Made by a program: the position numbers and the translations under genes. Source: Tubiluchus corallicola (Eukaryota; Animalia; Priapulida). Taken from it: a stretch of 64,000 nt of DNA. The notes under the pieces were generated by a model. It was not told where the DNA came from. It did not search any database and saw only the letters and a list, made by a program, of their open reading frames with translations. This document shows positions 13,935 through 27,470 of this stretch, piece by piece; position 1 is the first letter of the stretch, and every line of letters starts with the position of its first letter. The stretch lies in NCBI GenBank assembly GCA_030141605.1, contig JAQGDQ010000917.1:16684-80683 (forward strand), read 5' to 3'.

Positions 13935-14901
13935 TAGATACAAATGAGCAAATTCAGCACCATTCGTTCGGGTAGTACAGGCAGTCTGTTCAAATAAACA
14001 GTGTTTGGAAAATGAAAATTGAATTCAAAGTTTGTAGTAAAGATAATAATAATAAATAATAATTTCTGCTTTTTTGCCTACTATGTATGAAAGCCAGTTA
14101 GCCTACTGACGAATTAATATTAATAATATAATAATCTCTATTACGTCTCACTTCAATCATTTTACTACGTATCACTATATGTCGCCACTGACACTGCAAC
14201 TATCCAGTTTATTATTATAAATTTGTATTCTGTTAATACGGGCCAATGGTAATTGGTACTGGCGTTTACATTTGTAAAACTTTCGGGTCTTACTGATTAT
14301 TCTAAAATCGGTGTTTCCGCAGTACCACTCTACCAACTAGTAGGCACTCAAATAGTTTAAGTGCAAGGTACGATACACTGAATCACTTTTACAACTGATC
14401 ACTTTACAATATTTGACACTTGTTGAAATCTGAAGTTATTGAATTTCTTTTTAGTAGTCGAGTAGCCCTTCTCTAGCTTGATGCACTTGTAGCAAGGTTT
14501 GCCCAGACATCGTGTAAGCATGTGAAGTTTAACACAATACTTATTTACCTTTCTAAAATTAGACCAGGTTTAGTTGAAAAATAGCACAAATTATTACGAT
14601 TTCATTGACGACTGGTGAAAACCTACAGCTTGCGAACATCGATAAAAAATCGACAGAAGCCGCAAGCGCAATTTCACAATTTGACCAAAACACTAGTCTC
14701 ATACGTCACACCATTTTTTTAACAGCACTAGTAATCACTAACACCGACTTCGACAATAAAAATTAAAAATGAGCATCAGCAAAATTTAGAGCACGTTAGA
14801 GAATTTTAAAGCAAACATAATCTTATTCGCCTGAGAAGTCGAGCTATTAGAATATTACCATAAATTACTGAAGATTGACAGGGCAATGCCTAAATAGCTT
14901 T

Positions 14902-15310
14902 TAGGGGTGAGCATCGAATGTTCGAGTTCAAATCGAATTCGAACGTTCGAAATCAAAACAAACGAGTTTTTTTAGTTCGAATTCGATACGAATCTAAAAT
15001 TATAAATTGCAATAATTCAGGATTTCAGCCACATACGTTCTTTATCATTAAAATTTTTGAAACAGTATGCAATTAGCGCAATTTAGCTGAAGTTTCCGTT
15101 AAAATTTTTTAGCAAACTGATTTTACTGCAGAAGAAAATCAGATAATGTGCATAATCTTTGTAAGACCACTTTTTACTAGTGGTTCGAAAATCTTTCAAA
15201 CTCAATTCGAATTTGATTTGGAAATACTGAAACTGTGTTCAATTCGAGTTCGAAAACCACAAATTTGTTTTGACTCCAATTTGCTTTCTGTTAGAGAATG
15301 CTCACCCCAA
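14902..15310. mobile_element. hAT-like MITE
   Basis: TIR taggggtgagcat / atgctcacccca, repeated ttcga motifs and an imperfect 8-bp TSD. Confidence 0.6.
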
Positions 15311-15649
15311 CTAGCTGTATGTAAGCTTTTTTAGCATAGTCATATCACTCGTTATACCTCTGTTAATTGTTTCATCCCATGTTTTCTTTCTCGTGTTTTA
15401 TATCTATGTTTTCTGTCAAGGTTTTGTCTCTCTAGTGTAAGTGCCCCCAACCAGCGGTTGAATAATATAGTACAGTTTAGTATAGTAGTTTATTTCATCC
15501 ATCTCAAGTAATATACATAACAAGGTCAATAATAAGAATACAGGAACACCATTACTTGGAATGCTAGTAATGGTATTGTGAGAAAGCAAGGTCAGTGGTG
15601 GTATGGCAAAAGGGTCAGAACTGTTGGTTTGTGACAAGTTGGAAATGAT

Positions 15650-16620
15650 GGTTGCAGAAAGGTTGGACTTTTAAAAGATGTTTAGAGTCCACTCACTCAG
15701 GCTGGAATGGATAATAGAACTTCGTTGGATAGTCTTTACAGTGCATGCCTAGTTTCTTAAATTGATATACTGATATTGTGCTCCATATTGATGTAGTGAG
15801 GGATTCCAATCTTTATCACTTGCAAAATAAATCCGTTCTTGTTTCTACATCTGGGCTTTGTGACCTGTTGTCCCGCTCCATTAGGATCAGTTGGAAAATG
15901 TTTTCTGCTTCTGATTATTGTGTGGTTGTTGCACATACGAAACGGCATAATTTGGTAACCTCTTTTTCTTGTGAAAAGTATGGATGGTAACTTCAATCTC
16001 TGCTTATGATAGATTTTTAATTGTTGACTTTCTTATTGACTTTCCGTTGAATAGATTCTACCTTGTGTATTGCTTGAAATTTGGATAGACACCAAATTAT
16101 GTCACTGCAGTCCAGTATTGGTCATATAAATGTTTTGTTGAAAGTAGCCATCATATCAGTTCCACATAGGTGAAAGAGCACCCAATCACCCATAATTGTT
16201 GACTAGCTCATTTGGATATTTCATCCATTGTGTTCATCAAATGCGAGAAACTGGTCAGTCACAATACCTAAGTCTTTCTGTCTTGTTACTGCTATTATTG
16301 GAACTGACTGATTTGTGAGTGTAGTAGCTGTGACTTACGTTTCATTCCCTAGATGAAGGATGTAACATTTTTCCACTTTGAAAGACATTAATTTTGCCAA
16401 GCTTGTATCCATGTATCTAATAAGTTAATGTCATTTTGAAGTTCACGGTAGTCTATATCTGACCTCATTATCCCCTCGATTTTTGTATCATCTGCAGACA
16501 TTGTCACTGATGAATTTAAATTATCTGGTAAATTGCTGATGAACATAAGGAATAGTATACGCCCTAACACACTTCCTTGTGGCACTTCATTCTTGACAGG
16601 TCTACACTAACATTTCTCAG
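15650..16620 (-). mobile_element. Decayed CR1/L2-clade LINE RT fragment
   Basis: ORF 16388-16585 gives PQGSVLGRILFLMFISNLP and SADDTKI. Downstream C-terminal remnants are broken by stops. Confidence 0.85.
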
Positions 16621-19439
16621 AGATGATTCTATCGCATTGTGAAAATCTAGAAATATTTTTTGGAATTTGGGTAAAAAACCCCAGCTAAATTCCAAAGAAT
16701 ATTTGCATATTTCCATATATACATATATGTGACACCACCTAGTGCTTTAGAATGTATGCATAAACTATAACTCAAAAATACAAAAATTTATATTAAAAAA
16801 TGTACATAAGCAGTAAGTATTGATTGGCAATTGTAATCTTGTCTGATCTTTTTCTAAAATGTAAATGTTCGCGCTATAAGATTCTTCAATTCAGTCAACA
16901 ATGTGAGACGTACACTACAAATGTAAGAAATTAGCCATCTTGAATCTTCACTCACTAATTCTAAAAACTCAAAATCTCAACTAGAATAGTCACACAGCTA
17001 GAGCATTTGCGAAGCAATGTCCATTTAATTACATAACAGAACAAAGGTGGTAAATGTGCAGGAATTTTTATGTCAGTATGATTAATGGTAAATAATTAAA
17101 ATAAAGCACCTGTGTTGGCAGTGATTTCTAATGTTTGTATGCGGGCAAGCAGCTTCATAGCTCTCGTGGCATCAAATGTTACTTACCAGTATGTCTCAGA
17201 GGAACTATGAAGTCTTTCCCAAATTCTGATTGTTTGAAAGCAAAGAACATAATAAGTATGGCAGGGACGGTGCATGGGATTTGCACATATATAAATAATA
17301 TAAAGTAGAAATAAAATTGGTCCAAGTTTGGATTGGGCCTTATTTTATTACCCCTGATGGTGGACCAAGAATATTTAGCTCTGTTGATGGATGATGGATA
17401 TTATCAAGCCAAAGTATTAAACAGTGTGAATCAGCAATTAGGAATCTATCATGGCCTCAACATTTTAGTGTGAAGTGTGGTGAAAGCCTCCCCGAACGCA
17501 TGCCTGCACTCTGCAAACAGCCTGCTACAGAAAGGGTGTTACCAGAGCATCAAACTGAATGGTCTGAAAATTCACTTGACTTCAAACCCATCATTCAGAT
17601 TGGAGCTATCATGACATTCATGAAGTACAGAGCTAAGTGGAAACCAGGCTGATCCAAGAAAACACCATTGATCGGATTTCAAAAGAGAAACTTGTGACAC
17701 ATCTGCAAGATGCACCGGAGCATGTTGAGCTTGACCATGGTCTCTCTGAGTTTCAAATACTATCCTTGGAAACGCAGGCTGTTAGACATTCTATAAATTA
17801 TCTGCTACAAGTACTCGATCGCTGTTTGCCCTCTCCCCCCAAGGCCATTAACAAAATTAACGTTTATGTTACACCGTGTTTTTCCAAGCTGTTATATTAT
17901 TACAATATGAATTCATTATCTTTTATGTTTTTTCTGTGCTGTGGTTTCCATAGTACAAACAAGTACAGTACAAAGTTTATTGATTTTTGAACTACGTGTA
18001 CGTAGATTAAAAATGTGGGGCTAAAAAAACTCGCTTGATTTGACCTGATATAAGAATGCGCGAATTAGTTTTCTGCGCGCGATATATGGATTACGTGAGA
18101 GTTGCGTCATGCTGAATGCTGGCTGCAAACTGCAGAGTGCAAATTTACGTAAAGTACATAGCTTGCATACTATTGAATATGATGTCAGGCAAATTTTAAT
18201 GCAAATTACTGGTATTTTGAAATGGAACCATGACTATAACAAAAGGAAAAGACGGACGAGGAATGGAGGAAAACGCAAATTCATGGCAAGTGCAAATTCA
18301 ATTGTTCAATTTAATGCTCCCTAGTATTTAATCAGTGATCATGGCAGTTCAGTTTTACGGAGTATATTTACGGTGGTTCCCTGTTGAGCATCAAGCTTAG
18401 TGGAGAGGTTCAGTCATTCAATTAAAATTAAATTGATTGAATTGATGGCACAAATTGCCACAGCCGTTTCCGCGCCTTCTTTAGACATGTCGTGTTCGAA
18501 GTTGACCAGAATTTGTCTTGAACTTTAAGGAGTCTAAACTTGCATGTTTGAAGTAATGATATTGAATTTGGCATTCGTCTATAAAATAAAAATAAGATAA
18601 TGCTATCCAAGGCCCACCAGGTCGATCTAGATGCAGTGCCCAATCACATCGAATAGAACGTTTACCTAAGTTTCGTGTATAGCCATACTGAAAAATGATT
18701 TTAGAGGGGATATTTACCTTTTGACCTTAACCCTATAACTAAGAACTATTGCAACTATATGCCAACATGAATTGAACTATTTATAAGCACATGCATGGAT
18801 TATTAATTAGCAAGTGTGATAAATTTAGAAAAGTTGGCAAGTTTTTTTTATAGAATACTTTGAATGATGCTCTCTGTACAGCAAAGTAAATGTAGCAACA
18901 AATAGAACATTGAATGTAGCATTGTAGCTGTGTAAGTGGGCTTATACAAGACTGCGTCACATGACAGTGGGCTTATACAAGCCTTTGTTTCTCGATCCCA
19001 CTGCAGTACAATTATTCTTTTATGATAACGATAGTGTATGAAACATAACAATTTAATACAGTAGATGTAACAATTTTGATGTCACTGTGTGCTTAATGTC
19101 ATTATATTGTACTGAATATGATGATAATAATAAATCAATAAATAAAAATAAGACGGCCGTACTATATAAGTCATTCCAACGTTGCATCTAATGTGGTTAT
19201 CGCTGCCGCATGAAATTCTATGTATTTAACATGATCATTAATCTTAAACTGTGTCGCTGCAGATTGAGTAAGGTTTTCTTGGTAAGTTTAGCTGATTTTA
19301 ACAAGAAAAGTACTATGTTGGTTAACGAACTGGGTTAAATCGAACCAAATGGTTCGGCAATTCGATTCAGCTTGATCCGGCAGTTTGAATGTTGTGACTT
19401 TTACCTGTGTCGATGTGCTGCAGCGTTAAATTAAACTGA

Positions 19440-19986
19440 TTTAAAAGAAAACCAATGATTGATTAGATTCAATCTCATGTTAATTTATTGTCTAAAATAT
19501 ACATTTTCTTGCGTATAAAAGTTAGCAATTGTTTCTAATATTTAATTAATTACCTTGGAAAGTTAATTAACAGCATCCGAACACAGGTATCGCTTACATC
19601 ATAACTAACCACAGTTTGTGCAATAGTACGCATCTTCCCTGTGCGTCAAGCACATTTGTGTAAGCGAAGAAGCGTAATGTTGACTTGATGTCAGGAAAAT
19701 GAGCTGTATGTCACACTAACGTCACAGATAAACGCTGTAGTTCATGATCGTGCTTATCACGGTACCGCTCCTATTTGTCAGCCGCGCGAATGTGACAAAA
19801 ATGCGCCATTGCCAGTCTTAGTGGATTCGCTGTGACGCATGTAGCTTTGAAAGTTTAACAAAATTTAACTATCCGAGGAAATTATTATTCAGTCTAAGGT
19901 TTGATCCAAAGAAAACTGTCGTAGCCTTCAATATAACATACTTTATTTATAAACTAATGTTTACACAATTGCCCGGTTTTCCTTTA
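19440..19986 (+). mobile_element. Family A MITE (Kolobok-like)
   Basis: ttaaaagaaaacc ... ggttttccttta. Body matches other family A copies. Confidence 0.75.
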
Positions 19987-20365
19987 GTAGTTTCAATGGG
20001 TTATGCAGCTCATTTGGTTGAAAACGTAAAATATATGCAAATATGTATCACATATGATGTAATTTTGCTGTTATACCGATTATCCATTAATACAATCTGG
20101 TAAAGAAGTGTTTGTACTGTTGGTTCCAAAGGACCATTTCTCAGCTCTTCTTAAAGGCTAAAGAAGTGCTTCAAGCAAAATGAGAACTATTGCTCGATTA
20201 ACCTTTTTTTCTAACAGTTACCTGTGGCTTGCTAGCAATTATCTAAACAGGCAGTGCAATAGGTAAATTGGATGGAGTGTCCACTCAGAAAATCTAAAAG
20301 AGGTCATGGTGCCTCTTGCAATACACAAATTTAGTACATCTTAGGGTTGCAGTGGTCAAAATAGT

Positions 20366-20768
20366 TGTGAAAGTCATGTTTGAAGTTGTAGATCACTCAC
20401 TTTGTTATGATTGAGTTTAAGCAGAAGTATGAACAAGAATAAAAAAATCTATAATACATATTTGCACTGCACACAACAGAAAAGTGTTTATTAAAACTAC
20501 AGACACATGAGTAGCATGACTGCTGCACTGAACACTGAGAGTGAGAGTGACTAGAAAGCAAAACCAGTCAGTATATATAGGTATAGGTGACCTATGCAGA
20601 CTTGCACAGGCTTCACAACAACCATTACTTTAAAATAGGGAGAGAACCAGTGAATATGCATTCACTGGACCATACAATTATACTGGGAGTAAGTCAGCTG
20701 GTAGAATGTAACGGGATTAGCCCATAGATGGCAGCACCTAATTATAATGTACAATTCCACCTTCCACA
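20366..20768 (-). mobile_element. Solo LTR, 403 bp
   Basis: TG...CA ends (tgtgaaag / cttccaca) and perfect 5-bp TSD atagt (20361-65, 20769-73). TATA-like and AATAAA motifs on the minus strand. Second copy at 28742. Confidence 0.85.
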
Positions 20769-21171
20769 ATAGTGAAATAATTAGGTTTCTCATTTTCCGG
20801 CTCTTCCTTTGCCTCCAGGGAACAGTCCAACATTCCGATTTGTAAAACACGTGGTAAAGATTAGAGAAGTTTGGAAAAGAGGAAAGAAACACCGTGATCC
20901 ATTGATGGTGGCGGATCCGCTTATATTAAATCTAATGAAACTTTAAAGCGTCAGCGCTCCTAATCCCAGAGTGGCTCCCAACTTTCTAATGAGTGATTTA
21001 GTTGTAGTAAAAGCTATCCATTGTAAACAAATTAAGTATATCATGCTCGATAGACACAAGTTTAACTGCTTTGTATAAGCTTGGTATTGTTCCTCAAAAA
21101 TTACATTGCAAGAAAATTCTGATATGACAAACGAACATATACATGACTATTTCCTACCAGTAACAGAAAAA

Positions 21172-21715
21172 TGTACGGCCATATCACATTGAAAACACCG
21201 GTTCTCGTTTGATCACCGAAGTTAAGCAACGTAGAGCCTGGTTAGTTCTTGGATGGGTGACCACCTGGGAATACCAGGTGCTGTGGACTTGTGGGATGCC
21301 AACACTGTATCTTGACACTAGGAGCTGCACAAGCAGCCAACAGCTAGAGGGCAGAGGAGGTCAAGTGACCCACCGGCCATGTGTAGAAGAGTAGACCTTC
21401 CAAATCAGGAGTGGAGCCCCGAAAGCGGACCAGTGCAGCATGCTCACTGACTCCGGCAGCTCCTGCAGCCAACCTGGTGCCAAACGTATCGCCCCGCTTT
21501 CCTTTGGACTTACACCAGGGAGGAAGAGAGGGGGTTCTTGTTGTCTGGGCAACGCAGGATCTCCATACACCTTGCCCAGGTGTGCGCCCTGAAGACGTTC
21601 AAGGATCGCACTGCTCAGCCACAGTCGACGCTGCAGCTCCATCAATGTGATCAATAACTGACTCTCTTGGCGCACACTCCATTGTCTTCCGAGACAGAAG
21701 GATGCCAACAACATG
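21172..21715 (+). mobile_element. 5S rRNA-derived SINE (SINE3 type), full-length head
   Basis: 21172-21290 is an essentially complete diverged 5S sequence with A and C boxes, followed by a ~420-bp body and a caacaaca tail. 10-bp TSD aacagaaaaa (21162-71, 21716-25). Confidence 0.9.
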
Positions 21716-23029
21716 AACAGAAAAAACTATTTTATAAAAAAGTACTCCCTATAGAGCTACTCCGTATAATCTCATTTGAGACGGTGTAAGATGCTGTTCA
21801 AAGCAATTACTATTGTACAAAAGTTGATAATAAACTCTGCAATTTGGCAAAAACATTGTCACATAATGCAAAATATTCTTGCGTCTATATCTTTGGCCCT
21901 GGCGATGTGCAGAAATCAGTTAATATGATTTGTTTTGTAGGTGTCATATATGGTAGACGTGTATCCTGTCTGTACACTTGTGTTTGTCATACCAACTTGG
22001 AATTTCCAGTGACGTGTAAGAGAACAAATATTGTGTAGTTGTTTTCCGTCCATAGTACATTTATGACCTTTGGCTTGGGCTCACAAATGCCCCCACTGCC
22101 CTCAAGCTAGGCACTGTTTGTAGGCCTATCTTGCTAGTGTAAGACGTCAAAAGATCAGTTGATGGAAGTTCAATGAATTAATAAAGTAAGACTTTGCTTA
22201 TATGTAAAATTGTCTGTGGTCAAATTGTTTGTGAATATTTTGATGATTTACAGTGATGCAGTCGGTTTGCCGCAAGAGCTGGTACTTGACAAACTTTCAC
22301 TGAAAACCAGGACAAGTCTGTTGATCTTGTATGGGCCGCCTGTGTAAGAAATGTTCCACTCTGCAGCCTGAAAATAAGAAACTGCTACTGTATCAGTAGT
22401 GGGACCTTTCCACTTTGGTGTTTTGCTGTTACTAAACCTAAAAATTGTCAAGATTTTAGCCATTAACTTATGCTAATAACTGCTTATGCTTAATGAAGCT
22501 AAATAAGACTTTATTAGGCGAAAAAGTGAGAACTTTTCAACAATTAGGAGCAAAAGGCCGAGAGGGTGCTTGGATGACCCGTTGAGTGGGTGTTTTTTCT
22601 ACTAAATAAGGAATGTTTCCACTGATTTAATAAATTTGAAATTCAGAGTGACTTTGTTATGGATAGTGACATTTTGTGACTACAATGGTAGCAAGGTGTC
22701 TTGGAAGTCAGCATACACTTTATATTTGTTATGATTTTTTTTACTAAAGAATAACAAAATGCTTGAGAATTTGTATCTATGAATTAAAACGTAAGGCATT
22801 TCTGGAAGGCTTCTGTATTTTCGCAACCTTCTTGAAGGCACTTCTAACATTTCTAATTATTTCTAACATAAGTAAGCATTTCCACGTAAATGTTTGTAAA
22901 ACAGTCTCTAATTGTTATTTTGAGATCACGAAGGACGATTGAAGGTGCCTTGGCCTTTTTGTCTAGATTTTAGCCTGCTTGTAAAAAATGCCCAGAAGTG
23001 GAAAGAGCCACAGTGACCAATTCAGTAGG

Positions 23030-23660
23030 AAGTCTGGTATGTTGCTTTGAGCAGGTGTTTTGTGAGTAGTGAGGAAGAGATATACTTTGTTGCAAAACTA
23101 CAGTGAGTCACTGTATGGTTCCACATGCTGTTCTAAATGTCGGCAGCACTCTGGTATGACATAAATGATGAATTAAAAACTGTTCACCCAATTCAAAAAT
23201 TTAAATGCAAATACAGAGCAATGATTCTCAACAAGTACAACACTTCCTAATTTCCCACACCTACTGCAGCAGTCATACCACAATCCTGGCACAGATTATG
23301 CAAAACAAGGCATCATTGATAAATCTTTAGAGCTGATGTCAACATAGCACAATGTACTATCTTTCTTCCTACAGTTTCCACTAACACATCCTTCTACCCT
23401 TCCTGTGTGATCTAACCTTTCTCCCAGTTCTTTTTTTGTTCACTCATCCATTCTTTTTTTTATCGGGTTCACATGACAGTGGGCTTATACAAGCCTTTGC
23501 TTCTCTAGCCCACTGCAGTACAATTATTCTTTTATGATAACGATAGTGTATGAAACATAACAATTTAATACAGTATGATGTAATAATTTTGATGTCACTG
23601 TGTGCTTAATGTCATTATATTGTACTGAATGTGATAATAATAATAAATAAAAATATAAAA
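23030..23660 (+). mobile_element. 3' end of a LINE (L2/CR1-like group) with an AATAA-rich tail
   Basis: The 3' segment gggcttatacaagcctttg...aataaataaa recurs at 18960-19150 and inverted at ~56280-56470. Confidence 0.55.
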
Positions 23661-24490
23661 AACTCCAGGTTGTAACTGATGGGACTTCTTGTTGGGTAGA
23701 TGGGCTGAGACTTTGTATCTCATTTGTTTGTTGTAGTAATTGGATTTTAATTAAAAGTTAAATAACAAGAATGGCCAGAGACCGCTTCTGATTCATGCCA
23801 CGGGTCCAACGCTTGTTATCATTAGATGAAAAATCAGAAATAAAAGTGTGTGCTGATTTTTGAGACACCCTATATGTTTTCCGTGAATGTTGCTAAATGC
23901 GTCGTGTTTTCTGTCACTGCTGAACGATAATCGTCTGTGATTTTCGTATTTAACATGTGCATGAAATTATTATGGAAGATGGAAAATTATGTTACAGACA
24001 ACACTTTCGTATTACACAGAACGTCAGTGTTATAATAAGTCAGTGACCTAATTATGAAGGCTTGTTATGGAAATTCTTTTACTTGTAGCTCTGTTATAAA
24101 ACTGTAAGTTGCGTAACGTTTCTGCGTCAAAGCTGACATTTTGTCCCCTTTATTACTATCCCCCACTTTATCGTAGACGTGCGCATGCGTAGTAGTAATT
24201 AGTTACAACATTTCTTAGTATTGCAGCAGGCAGACAGCAGTCGCAGTGCATTTTGCGTTTATTTGGCTAAGGAAGAAACCTCAAGATAGTGAAAGCTAAC
24301 AGGTGTGTATCGCGCGCAGACTTGTGATTGGTGTGCTCTAATGCCAGTAACCTTATTTTATCTATGATGAATCATCCTCGCCTGAGCATAGCAGCCCTAG
24401 CATGCAGTCCACGTGTATCGGTAGCAGTATCTTGTGATGAGTTGTCACTGTGCGCATTGCAGTAGTAGTAGCTGAGCGCGTGAACTGAGC

Positions 24491-24810
24491 TTTGCAGATT
24501 CGTGTATCTAAGTAACATTTTGTGTTGAATTTAATTAACGGACACGTACTTAAATGTACATTCTTTCCAGTCTGTTATAAATTTGGTGAGCAGTGTTATT
24601 CATTTGCAAACTTGCTTAACGGCTTTGATTAAAAGAACTTTGTGTTAGTTGCAGACTCGCGTATCTAAGTAACATTTTGTGTTCAATTTAATTAACTGAC
24701 ACGTACTTACATGTACATTCTCTCCAGTCTGTTATAAATTTGGTGAGCAGTGTTATTCATTTGCAAACTTGCTTAACCGCTTTGATTAAAAGCACTTTGT
24801 GTTAGTTGAA
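24491..24810. repeat. 157-bp tandem duplication, 2 copies
   Basis: tatctaagtaacattttgtg starts at 24505 and 24662. Confidence 0.9.
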
Positions 24811-26434
24811 ACGTTTTTCCTTGGAGATAAGTAAAAGTTGATGTGCTTTTGTGTAATAAATACATGACTGAACTTGTCGAATTTCATCCCGTTGTCGAAG
24901 ACGAGGTTTTTGACGCTGAAAAATGGCGCTACAGTGTCTGCCATTGTGTTTGTCACGGAAGAATTCTGGGAATGCCAACAATGCGGCGAACACTGATTAT
25001 GTAACGAGATTTTTTGCATTCCTAAAGCGCTTACACCAACACTTCATGTACAAACCTCGCGCCATTAAAATTAAAGCGGTTGATGAAATGACTAATAAAT
25101 CAGTCGGGCAATTTGGTGTGCAAGTAGACGCACGTGATCAGGCCAAGCGTGTCTCATTTACAAGCAAGCTTGTACCGAACACGAGCTCGGATTTGCCGGA
25201 TTCCGCGAAACTAGACGGGAGTAGCAGGAACTGCTCAAATAGCACTCAGGAAATTCCGCTCAATACATCTGTCAGGTCAGCTCAGCTAATAGATATTTTG
25301 CTGCAGAGTTCTGTTAAATGCTGCTTTTCGGGGAATTTAAGGTTCGGGCGGCAGCTGTGTTTGTCGGGGGGCTTGTAACTTGTTGTATGTGATTATAAAG
25401 TATTTATTAAGGTGGTTGTTACGGGTGTCTGTTAGGTTGTACCTGAAATCGTAGGAAAGTAAAAGTATCGTTTGACTTGGATATCGGGAATGCTACGAAG
25501 CACTAGTTAATAGTTATGTGACTGAGGCCTTTCCTTTTTGGTTATAGAGGTAGTAAAATGTCTGAAAGTGATTTCTAAACTACAAAGCCTAAAGCAAGAA
25601 GTAAATGGGGTGTAATGTAGTTCAACTCGCACGAAATCTCATTCTCAAATGATTTATTGCAATATCCAGTTGACCACAAGTTGTTTTAAGCTTTATTTCC
25701 AAGCTGCACAATTGTTTATATTATTTAATCTACGGACCATTGCTGAGGTACATGGCAGAGTGTCCTGTAGGGGTCGTGCGGGGTTGTACTGATTGACCTT
25801 GTGGCGGGCGAGCGTGTTGTTGATTAACTTTCCCCGCGGAGTGTCAAGTTTGCGGAAAGTTTTCCATTCCGCTTTTTTTAGGTTAAATTTTCTGCACGGT
25901 GAACCCGCTAGGTCATCTGTGACATGGAATTTTTTATTGAGTTTGAAAAGCTGTGTTGGGAGAAACGAAGGATTCTGGAATGTAGTATGAAATGTTTGTT
26001 TGTCATTTATTTGTGGCAAAACTTTCCACTCGGGAATTATAAACTTCACAAGTTGTAAGCACCAGTAGTGCGGTTAAGTAAGCACTGTAGTTAGTGAGTT
26101 AAAACTTTCAATTAGCTCAAGCTTGCAAGAGGAAAAAGACGTGTGTAGTATTTCACTGAAGTATTTAAATGTACGGACACAAACTTACGTGGGGGGAGTA
26201 GTACAAATGATGTAAGCTACTGTTTATGTCAGACTCACTGATAGGCCATAGCAGTATAATGTTTTTAAATGACGTTTACGATCCTTTGTGGAGGCAAAGC
26301 AAAATGTCACAAACATTAATGACGCAGTCTGTGCCGTGTAAGCTATATTCTGTGCGTCGTGCTAGTAACCCCTGTAGAGTTTGAGGTAACTGATTTTTGT
26401 TTGTTTCATTTTTAGGGACACGTCTACGGAAAAA

Positions 26435-26550
26435 ATGAAAAGAGAAGACCGTCCAGAGATAGGAGCAGTGGTGAAGAGCGTGTTGGAACATGCCAAGCAT
26501 CAAGGCAGAGTTACTTGTGGCTTGTATTCTGCTGTCAAGCTACTGGAAAT
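26435..26550 (+). CDS. GADD45: GADD45-family protein, first identified coding exon (exon acceptor at 26414-15, ATG at 26435)
   Basis: MKREDRPEIGAVVKSVLEHAKHQGRVTCGLYSAVKLLE resembles the GADD45 N-terminal region (G-x-L/V-T-x-G-V/L-Y). Donor gtaag at 26551, phase 2. Confidence 0.85.
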
Positions 26551-27470
26551 GTAAGAATCTTGGCTGGTATTATGAGTTATTTATGTAAATATAAGAAACA
26601 ATTATTGCTAATTTTTATAGGCAGGGGAATGTATATTTTAAACAGTATATTAAAATGAAATTGCGTCTAATCAATCGTCCGGTTTTCCTTTAAAGGTTAT
26701 TTTTTTAACATAAATTGATTCATTAAAGATCAATAATCAATAATGGTAATTGTTGGGTTCATAGGCAGGCTGTTTACCTCGTCCGTTGCTGTTCCTGAAT
26801 TAAAATTTTTAAGATTGTTTCATCACGTTCTTAAAGTGGTGTTGGAATGGCCTTGGGCTAAATGCTAAACTGGTATCAGATGTTCATTGCAACATGCGTC
26901 AATATTGCACAAGCTTGTTGTAGTAGGTGAACGACTTTATCTCTGCCGTTGCACAAGCTTGGTGTAGTAGGTGAACGACTTTATCTCTGCCGTTCAAACC
27001 TCTTAACCTTTATCACGTGTTGCTGGGTTAAACCGTTCAGTGAATGATCGACCTACTTCCTTCCTATTGAAGTTCCAACTATTGTAGCCATCGACCTTGA
27101 GTAACTTCAACCAGAATTATTGATGATGCGTGCATGTTTATCACACAACTTGGAAGGGACTTATAAACGATTTAGGTCATTGATAAACCAGTAAAATGTA
27201 AACGGTATGTAAAATAAAGATGGGAGTTATGCAAATATCTCCTCTCTTAATGAAGGGGGGGGGGAAATTTGGGCATAAATTTGATACTTTAAAGGGGGGT
27301 ACCCATGTGGAGGATCCCGTTAAGCCGTGAAACGTGGTGAAGCATGATAGTTGCTGATGAGCACTTGCTGTCTTGCACAGCATCTGTGTTTCTTTTGGCT
27401 CTAGATTGTCATTTTGGAGCAATATCAAAGCAATGAAAATACGGAGTTCAACGACTGTTTTGACTAATGT

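Noticed and set aside
17140-17990. Coding-like stretch with short ORFs
   Set aside because: No recognisable family and several stops. Possibly a decayed transposon but unsupported.
21172-21290. Functional 5S rRNA gene
   Set aside because: Diverged, lacks a T-run terminator, continues into a body shared with a second dispersed copy and is flanked by TSDs, so it is a SINE head.
24923-25378. 151-aa ORF upstream of GADD45
   Set aside because: No recognisable motif or splice context. Likely a chance ORF in a CpG-richer regulatory region.
26269-26319. MTF... as the canonical GADD45 start
   Set aside because: It resembles MTLEE/MTFEE starts but stops after 16 codons with no phase-compatible GT donor.
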